Below, piece after piece: positions 1 to 4,425 of a DNA stretch of 5,710 nt. The DNA is from a virus, in the UHGV virus genome UHGV-0350660; one strand, written 5' to 3'. The notes beneath the pieces were generated by a model that was not told the origin of the DNA, ran no database searches, and saw nothing but the letters and a program-made list of their open reading frames with translations. Every line of letters starts with the position of its first letter. Position 1 is the stretch's first letter. The position numbers and the translations under genes are program-made.

Positions 1-67
1 AAAGATGTAATGCGACCCATGTGACCACCAGCGGAATCCAGTATAAAATTGATGCTTGTTCTTCCAT
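1..67 (-). CDS. Partial small hydrophobic protein running off the left window edge (N-terminus MEEQASILYWIPLVVTWVALHL...).
   Basis: The minus-strand ATG at 65-67 follows a GGGGGA Shine-Dalgarno at about 71-76. It lies immediately downstream of the coat-gene terminator. Twenty-two codons reach position 1 without a stop, and the residues are hydrophobic. It was hand-translated and is absent from the ORF track because only 67 nt are in the window. Confidence 0.3.
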   Translation of the reverse strand, partial: MEEQASILYWIPLVVTWVALHL

Positions 68-76
68 ATATCCCCC

Positions 77-106
77 AATAAAAACGCCCCCAAGCGGAGG
101 CGTTTT
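77..106 (-). terminator. Rho-independent terminator after the major coat protein gene.
   Basis: Perfect 8-bp stem AAAACGCC (81-88) / GGCGTTTT (99-106), GC-rich at its core, with a 10-nt loop. On the minus-strand transcript it is followed by UUUUUAUU. It lies 7 nt after the coat stop (TAA at 113-115). This matches the strong terminator after gVIII in Ff phages. Confidence 0.6.
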
Positions 107-112
107 GTCCAA

Positions 113-382
113 TTACTTGGCTGTACGTTTGAAGTATGACCAAGCAATGCCGATACCGATCAAGACAACAAGAGTACCGATAATGCCGACAACGGCAGTT
201 TGTACGCCTGATAATTCTTCTGATGCACCTGCGAAGTCCAAAACAGCAGCATTAGCACCTGATGTAAGCATCAATGCAGAACCAGTAACAGCACCTACAA
301 ATGCAGCATCTTTAGCACGTTGAACGAAGGTAGGTTTTTTTTGCAATAAAATTGCATTATTTGGATTGTTTGACATATTCAT
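113..382 (-). CDS. Major coat protein (pVIII-like, inovirus capsid protein), 89-aa precursor.
   Basis: Classic pVIII architecture. A leader peptide with a basic N-region and hydrophobic core ends in an AxA-like site (..SGANA|AV..). The roughly 44-aa mature part has an acidic N-terminus (D, E, E), a hydrophobic helix VVGIIGTLVVLIGIGIAW, and a basic C-terminus SYFKRTAK. It is the last gene of the ssb/minor-coat/major-coat run. Its ATG overlaps the upstream gene's stop (ATGA at 379-382). A terminator follows it. Confidence 0.85.
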   Translation of the reverse strand: MNMSNNPNNAILLQKKPTFVQRAKDAAFVGAVTGSALMLTSGANAAVLDFAGASEELSGVQTAVVGIIGTLVVLIGIGIAWSYFKRTAK

Positions 383-567
383 GCCCTCTTAGAAAAGTTA
401 TTGAAAAGTGCAAAAGCGATGATCAAGCCATATATCCCAATGATGGGAGTCCCCAACATAACCATTTGTGCTTTTGTTATTGCCAGTTGATCAATCAAAG
501 AAACTTGATCAATCCATACATCGCATTGGTTTGTAAGTTCATTAACGATTTCACAGACCTTTGCCAT
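379..567 (-). CDS. Small minor coat protein (pVII/pIX-like), 62 aa, with a C-terminal transmembrane helix.
   Basis: Small ORF positioned between the ssb-like gene and the major coat gene. It has one C-terminal hydrophobic segment, GTPIIGIYGLIIAFALF. Its stop overlaps the coat start (ATGA), indicating translational coupling. There is no family-level sequence recognition; the call rests on position and architecture. Confidence 0.5.
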   Translation of the reverse strand: MAKVCEIVNELTNQCDVWIDQVSLIDQLAITKAQMVMLGTPIIGIYGLIIAFALFNNFSKRA

Positions 568-579
568 TTTTTAAAATCC

Positions 580-609
580 AAAAAAAACGCTCAGTAAAAA
601 TTACTGAGC
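580..609 (-). terminator. Intrinsic (probably partial) terminator immediately after the gV-like gene.
   Basis: Perfect 9-bp inverted repeat GCTCAGTAA (589-597) / TTACTGAGC (601-609) with a 3-nt loop. On the minus-strand transcript it is followed by G plus eight U (plus-strand A-run 580-587). The stop codon of the upstream gene (TAA 601-603) lies inside the stem. It is strand-specific: there is no T-run on the plus side. Confidence 0.6.
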
Positions 610-843
610 ATTAGAAATTTGAGCATTAGCAAAATACAAACGATCACCTTTTAGAATCAGTTGTAAATCGACAAATTCACCACTTTCCGCAAGATCAGCC
701 AACTGACCTTTTTCAGAATTGTTTGTATAAGCAACAAACTTGGTAACAGGCTCGATAACTTCAAAAGTAAAGAGCTGATTACCTTTTTTTGATTCAAATG
801 TATTTACTTTAACGCCTTCAACTAAAACTTTAATTCCGTCCAT
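601..843 (-). CDS. ssDNA-binding protein (gV-like), about 80 aa if it starts at the ATG at 841-843. The ORF-track version starts at a TTG at 916-918.
   Basis: Its size (80 aa from ATG 841-843) and its position right after rep and before the coat genes fit gV. The residues are beta-rich with Lys/Gly/Val (GIKVLVEGVKV...FTFEV...LQLILKGDRLYF), consistent with an OB-fold ssb. The ATG at 843 has a good RBS (AGAAGGG about 8 nt upstream). The track's longer version starts at a TTG that falls inside the predicted -35 hexamer, so the 25-aa N-terminal extension is probably not coding. Confidence 0.55.
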   Translation of the reverse strand: MDGIKVLVEGVKVNTFESKKGNQLFTFEVIEPVTKFVAYTNNSEKGQLADLAESGEFVDLQLILKGDRLYFANAQISNAQ

Positions 844-889
844 TTCTTTACCCTTCTGTTTGTCTGTTATCACAAAGTTTGTACGAAAT

Positions 890-918
890 ATTATGTTGTC
901 ATGACAACAAGTTGTCAA
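890..918 (-). promoter_or_regulatory. Sigma70-like promoter for gV and the downstream structural genes (minus strand).
   Basis: On the minus strand: -35 TTGACA (plus 913-918), a 17-bp spacer, then -10 CATAAT (plus 890-895). The predicted start lies about 40 nt upstream of the ATG at 843. The spacer is exactly the palindrome TTGTCATGACAA. Confidence 0.5.
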
Positions 919-931
919 GACGAAATGACAA
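896..931. promoter_or_regulatory. Operator-like palindromes: TTGTCATGACAA (896-907) and TTGTCA-N8-TGACAA (912-931).
   Basis: There are two inverted repeats of the same half-site. One is perfect and contiguous. The other has an 8-bp spacer and overlaps the shared -35 region of the divergent promoters. The 10-mer TGTTGTCATG (894-903) recurs at 2468-2477 upstream of rep. An alternative reading is that the half-sites are simply back-to-back -35-like hexamers. Confidence 0.45.
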
Positions 932-940
932 CAATAAATT
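912..940 (+). promoter_or_regulatory. Candidate plus-strand promoter for the 60-aa RHH-like ORF.
   Basis: -35 TTGTCA (912-917), a 17-bp spacer, then -10 TAAATT (935-940). This lies 38 nt upstream of the ATG at 978, which has an AAGAGA RBS. Its -35 shares the same 7 bp (TTGTCAA) as the minus-strand -35. Confidence 0.35.
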
Positions 941-977
941 ACACTAAAAAACTAAGTTTTTTTTAAGAGATTTCAAA

Positions 978-1160
978 ATGATGGCTTATTTACGAGTGAA
1001 AAAGATAGAAGATGAGCTTCTAAAAAAGATAAGTGAAGAACTAAATAGACAGCGTTTAGACTTAGGTAAGAACGTCATGAAAGATAGTGAAATACTTCAC
1101 GACGTACTAATAAAAGCTTTGGAAAAATGCAAAGTTGAGGAAGGGGAATTAATAGTGTGA
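978..1160 (+). CDS. Putative ribbon-helix-helix (Arc/CopG-like) DNA-binding protein, 60 aa. Candidate phage transcriptional regulator.
   Basis: It is the only plus-strand ORF with supporting signals. The secondary-structure pattern fits RHH: an N-terminal beta-strand AYLRVK, helix A IEDELLKKISEEL, a Gly-containing turn (LGKN), and helix B SEILHDVLIKALEK. It sits next to the palindromic operator region and is convergent with rep, overlapping its 3' end by 12 nt. The fold assignment comes from the sequence pattern only. Confidence 0.4.
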   Translation: MMAYLRVKKIEDELLKKISEELNRQRLDLGKNVMKDSEILHDVLIKALEKCKVEEGELIV

Positions 1161-2381
1161 TTGCATAGAAGCAATTTCTCTTTTTGCTAAATCCTCTATT
1201 AACAAATAGGCTTCACTGGTGACTGTGCCGTAGTTCCCTGAGCTGTAATCATTCTCCAGTGCAGTTAAATAAGTATGACGTTTTTGATATTTACATAACA
1301 ATGAAAAAATTAATTGTGGTACTTCTTCTAAAGTAATACCCATGTTTTCTGTTTCTTCTGCTAGTTCCTGATCTGATTTATCTTGAATACCTAAAAGAGC
1401 TTTTAAACCACGCGCCCAAACTAATTGGCGAAGTCCTTTTGTAGCAACTCCATATTCTTGATATAGCCTAAGCGGAGATTTACCATGAACTAAAGTTGTT
1501 TCATCAAAAGAAAGTTGGAGCAGATCGAAAGGAGTTAAACCACCTTCACGGCCTTTTTTGATGTGTCCTTTTGTCATTTCATTTTCAATACCCCACTTTG
1601 AAACATACTGAGCAGCATATTTGCCGTCGCGAATATCTAAACCATATTCCATTGTAGGAGCTTGTAAACCTGCTTTTTTACAACACTTAATCCAAATTTG
1701 AGAAAGTTCTTCATGATACTTAACAAACTGATTCAATTTTGTTTTTTCATCAAAATTAATATCTGAAATATCCATTTTTTCTTTATAAGAATCAGTAATA
1801 GGACGATGAGAAAGCATTAAAATATGCTGATGAGGATGCCAACCATTTTGACCGTATGTAATTTCTTTAGCATTTACTTTTTTTGTACCGACGCCCATAG
1901 CTTCAAAAATTGCTTGAACTTTTGTTGTTTCATTAAAAAACTTATAAGCCTTTTTTTGACCATCAAGTAAAGCTTTCAAAGGCTGATTAGGAGAGTGGGA
2001 AAAAGTTAAAGTCATCATAAAAACATAACCGCCACCAGTTTTAAAAGTTTCAATACCCTGTTTTAATTCTTCACGTCTTTTTTCAGTAATTTGTTTAGCA
2101 CAAACAGGACAAGTCCAAATAGAACCGCAACGCTGAACATTAGCCCAATGAGCTTTACAGCGTTCTTCATTGTATTTAACAAAACGACCTTTATTTTTAT
2201 CTATACGTCTTTTTAGACAATTGGTAACACGTTCTTTGGGTAAAAGCTTAGCAGATTGGTCTTGTAATAAAAAATCGTGACTTCTCTGTAAGGCTTGCGC
2301 CTTAAGGGTTACATGAGATTTAGTAAATATACCAAGAGCGTCGATTTTTGGGGTATTGATTTGACTTAAAGAGGAATCCAT
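1149..2381 (-). CDS. Rolling-circle replication initiator (pII/gpA-like HUH endonuclease), 410 aa.
   Basis: All three HUH superfamily motifs are present in order. Motif 1 is FMMTLTF (aa 121-127). Motif 2 is WHPHQHILML (aa 181-190, nt 1812-1838). Motif 3 is KYAAQYVSK, with two Tyr spaced Y-x-x-x-Y (aa 255/259, nt 1596-1619), closely resembling phiX174 gpA YVAKYVNK. An N-terminal Cys4 cluster (C75, C85, C91, C94: CKAHWANVQRCGSIWTCPVC) looks like a Zn finger. It sits upstream of the ssb and coat genes as in inoviruses. Confidence 0.85.
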   Translation of the reverse strand: MDSSLSQINTPKIDALGIFTKSHVTLKAQALQRSHDFLLQDQSAKLLPKERVTNCLKRRIDKNKGRFVKYNEERCKAHWANVQRCGSIWTCPVCAKQITEKRREELKQGIETFKTGGGYVFMMTLTFSHSPNQPLKALLDGQKKAYKFFNETTKVQAIFEAMGVGTKKVNAKEITYGQNGWHPHQHILMLSHRPITDSYKEKMDISDINFDEKTKLNQFVKYHEELSQIWIKCCKKAGLQAPTMEYGLDIRDGKYAAQYVSKWGIENEMTKGHIKKGREGGLTPFDLLQLSFDETTLVHGKSPLRLYQEYGVATKGLRQLVWARGLKALLGIQDKSDQELAEETENMGITLEEVPQLIFSLLCKYQKRHTYLTALENDYSSGNYGTVTSEAYLLIEDLAKREIASMQSHY

Positions 2382-2424
2382 TGTTTAATATATCCAGTGT
2401 CGCAAGCACAAATTCACCGAAAAA

Positions 2425-2451
2425 GCCTGAATTGCCGTTCAGGTTTTTTTT
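2425..2451. terminator. Hairpin with flanking A- and T-runs (bidirectional terminator-like) in the pI-rep intergenic region.
   Basis: Stem CCTGAA (2426-2431) / TTCAGG (2438-2443) with a 6-nt loop. It is followed on the plus strand by T8 (2444-2451) and preceded by A5 (2420-2424), so the minus-strand RNA carries CUUUUU after the stem. It lies 45 nt upstream of the rep ATG. Confidence 0.45.
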
Positions 2452-2459
2452 CGTCCTTA

Positions 2460-2487
2460 AAAATGTTTGTTGTCATGTAAACATTTT
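2460..2487. promoter_or_regulatory. Large palindrome AAAATGTTT-N10-AAACATTTT upstream of rep, containing the TGTTGTCATG 10-mer.
   Basis: Perfect 9-bp arms (2460-2468 and 2479-2487). The 10-bp spacer GTTGTCATGT is centred on CATG. It shares the 10-mer TGTTGTCATG with the gV promoter/operator at 894-903. It could be an operator for the rep promoter or a Rep-recognition/ori element. Confidence 0.4.
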
Positions 2488-2651
2488 GATTAACTATAAA
2501 ACAAAGCTGTAAAAAAATCTAATAAGAAAGCCAAAAACTAACAGCATAATGAAAAATTTAAGGCACCATTTAATAAAATCCATATTCCCTCAGTTCGCGC
2601 CCATTCGGGACGCTCTGTAAATCCCGATTGAGATCATAAGGGAGCTTGTAA

Positions 2652-4061
2652 TCAGAGAGAAGAAGTTTCAGGATTCAATTGTGGTTGTTCGGGAGCACTC
2701 CGCTCCCTCTGTTGCTGTGGTGATGAAGCAAAATAATTAAACGGACGATAACCATCTAACCATCTACGGCAATCTTGTTGTGAAATACCTGTCATATAAT
2801 TACCCTGCTGATCAATGGCAACAAGTTTGCCACTGGAGAGCTTAATCACACCTGACATTCGGGGGAAATCCGTAGGCTGTACTTGTGGTTGGTATTCAAA
2901 GTCATACGGCCTATTAGGATTGTATGAAACAGTCTGAACAACTTGGCCAGAAGAAGTAACGGAAGAACCATTTTTAGAAAGATCATCAAACCATTTAATA
3001 CATTCAGGCTTTTCTAAATTAACTGCCTTTCGACATTCTAGCGATAAATCCATAGCCTTTTGATCACTGGAAGGAGAAAGATTAGAGCTAGAATTATTAA
3101 CGGGAGAATTAGAAATAGTTTCATTTTTTGTTACCTGTTCTGTTTTTTCTTTAGAGCCAAAGATTGTACCCAAGAAATTATTACCACCGCCAAAGAGCAT
3201 ATTACCAACCATAAATAATCCGAGTAATGGAATAATAAGGATTGCGAATAATTTAAGAGGTACACGCAGCTTGACTGTGTTGGCTGTAGCAGACTCATAG
3301 TATTGATACAGTCGTTTAGGATAGTTAAATCGAAAATCACGTTCAGCAGTAAGCTTGTTACCCAAGCTATTAGGCTTATCTCGACAATTTGCCCAAACGT
3401 AAACGGTGGCAGAAGGCGCACCCCAACCACGATGCAAGTGATAATGTAGCCCAACAACAGCCCGATAATTGGTATGCACCAGTGAAGGAAATTGAGTAAT
3501 ACCATAAATATCAAATGCTCTATGACGATGAATGGTTAATTCTTTGACAATACTTTCTTTGTCTTGTTTGTTATCGGTTGAATATTCATAAATAAGCTGA
3601 ATTTCATCATAGAAAATGATTGAACCATCAGGAAATTTGCGCCAATCAATTTCAATAGGTCGAACATTAGGAACTTTTAAACCGTCGATATTGGCGTAGA
3701 TATGGCGAACGTCTTTGAGGGTTTTAAGATCAATATCAAGATCATTTTTGATAATCTTGCAAATACCGTTATAAAACTGAATATCTAAAAATATGTTTTC
3801 AGTACGTAATTGGTCGTTGAAATAATCAAAATGATCAGGCTCAAATAAAACGGTTTCTTGTTCTTTAGTCTTTTTACTAAAGTAAGTGTACGAAGCAAAA
3901 TAGTCAGCAAGATTATGTTTCTCAATTAATTCTTTATTATGTTTAAGCGCAGCAGCGTTGTAGATCAAAGCACGATCATTCGCATCTTCATATTTAACAA
4001 TGAGTGAAACGGCATAAAGGGTTTTACCTGCACCAGGTGTACCAGTAATCAAATGCAACAT
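2652..4061 (-). CDS. zot: Zot-family / pI-like filamentous phage assembly ATPase (zonula occludens toxin-like P-loop NTPase), 469 aa.
   Basis: The N-terminus MLHLITGTPGAGKTLYAV carries Walker A GTPGAGKT at residues 7-14, as in Zot/gpI proteins. A Walker B-like IIFYDE follows. A single central transmembrane segment (LKLFAILIIPLLGLFMVGNMLFGG) separates the cytoplasmic ATPase from a C-terminal periplasmic domain. The gene follows the pVI-like gene, as gI does in inoviruses. Its RBS is AAGGAG, 8 nt upstream. Confidence 0.9.
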   Translation of the reverse strand: MLHLITGTPGAGKTLYAVSLIVKYEDANDRALIYNAAALKHNKELIEKHNLADYFASYTYFSKKTKEQETVLFEPDHFDYFNDQLRTENIFLDIQFYNGICKIIKNDLDIDLKTLKDVRHIYANIDGLKVPNVRPIEIDWRKFPDGSIIFYDEIQLIYEYSTDNKQDKESIVKELTIHRHRAFDIYGITQFPSLVHTNYRAVVGLHYHLHRGWGAPSATVYVWANCRDKPNSLGNKLTAERDFRFNYPKRLYQYYESATANTVKLRVPLKLFAILIIPLLGLFMVGNMLFGGGNNFLGTIFGSKEKTEQVTKNETISNSPVNNSSSNLSPSSDQKAMDLSLECRKAVNLEKPECIKWFDDLSKNGSSVTSSGQVVQTVSYNPNRPYDFEYQPQVQPTDFPRMSGVIKLSSGKLVAIDQQGNYMTGISQQDCRRWLDGYRPFNYFASSPQQQRERSAPEQPQLNPETSSL

Positions 4062-4076
4062 TATTTATTCTCCTTT

Positions 4077-4145
4077 GCGACCCTAGACACCGCACCGCAC
4101 CCGCGCGAGCCGACGGGATGACGGATGCGGATGTCTTTTGGTCGC
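4077..4145. other. GC-rich structured element bounded by 6-bp inverted repeats GCGACC/GGTCGC, lying between the pVI-like and pI-like genes.
   Basis: This is a 69-bp island that looks about 70% GC in an AT-rich phage. It contains a CACCG CACCG CACCC tandem and three GGATG copies (GGATGAC GGATGC GGATG). The arms can pair into a long imperfect hairpin that uses G-U wobbles in RNA. It ends exactly at the pVI stop codon (4145-4147). Confidence 0.4.
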
Positions 4146-4423
4146 TATGCTTTTTTCAACATTAGCTTTTGCGAATTTAGGGTTAAGCGAGTGACAATAG
4201 CGCCAAGTATTAAAGACATTGCAATGTCAAAACCTGCTAAATGAGCAAGTCCAAGAACATCAGCAGAAACAGAGCCAACAGAATTTTTTAGGACATTAAC
4301 GGCAGAAGAAAAGGCAGTAAGAAAAATAGCATTACTACCCAACATAAGACCTGCACCAGTAAGAACATTTTTTAATGTGCCTTTCTGTAATGATGTGAAT
4401 AGATCAGAAAGCTTAGACCACAT
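4145..4423 (-). CDS. pVI-like minor coat / small integral membrane protein, 92 aa.
   Basis: A small, strongly hydrophobic ORF with two to three predicted transmembrane helices. It lies immediately after the pIII-like gene: the pIII stop is at 4426-4428 and this ATG at 4421-4423, with GGAGG inside the end of pIII, so the two are translationally coupled. This is the position of gVI in inoviruses. There is no direct family recognition. Confidence 0.55.
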   Translation of the reverse strand: MWSKLSDLFTSLQKGTLKNVLTGAGLMLGSNAIFLTAFSSAVNVLKNSVGSVSADVLGLAHLAGFDIAMSLILGAIVTRLTLNSQKLMLKKA

Positions 4424-4425
4424 TT

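Noticed and set aside
21-323. Plus-strand 100-aa ORF from the track.
   Set aside because: It is entirely antisense to the strongly supported major coat gene and the coat terminator. It has no RBS, and its composition is Pro/Thr/Ala-rich in a way typical of the reverse-frame translation of a hydrophobic coat gene. It is probably spurious.
352-597. Plus-strand 81-aa ORF from the track.
   Set aside because: It is antisense to the minor-coat ORF and spans the coat start and the gV terminator hairpin. It has no promoter or RBS signal, is Cys-rich and low-complexity, and is likely a shadow ORF.
2382-2424. A clear sigma70 promoter for rep between the hairpin terminator and the rep ATG.
   Set aside because: Only weak hexamer matches were found in this 43-bp stretch and in the A/T-rich region further upstream. 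rep may be transcribed by read-through or from a non-canonical promoter. No confident call was made.
3131-3514. Minus-strand 127-aa, very hydrophobic ORF nested out of frame inside the Zot/pI gene.
   Set aside because: It lies completely inside the well-supported Zot ORF in another frame and has no recognisable RBS. An overprinted gene is not impossible, but nothing in the sequence requires it. It would need ribosome profiling or conservation analysis to revive.
2652-4061. A gene-XI-like internal in-frame restart inside pI.
   Set aside because: In Ff phages the pXI start precedes the transmembrane segment. Here the only conspicuous internal Met with context (M337 in AMDLSLE) lies after the transmembrane helix. 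Internal Mets before the helix lack obvious SD sequences, so pXI cannot be supported from sequence.
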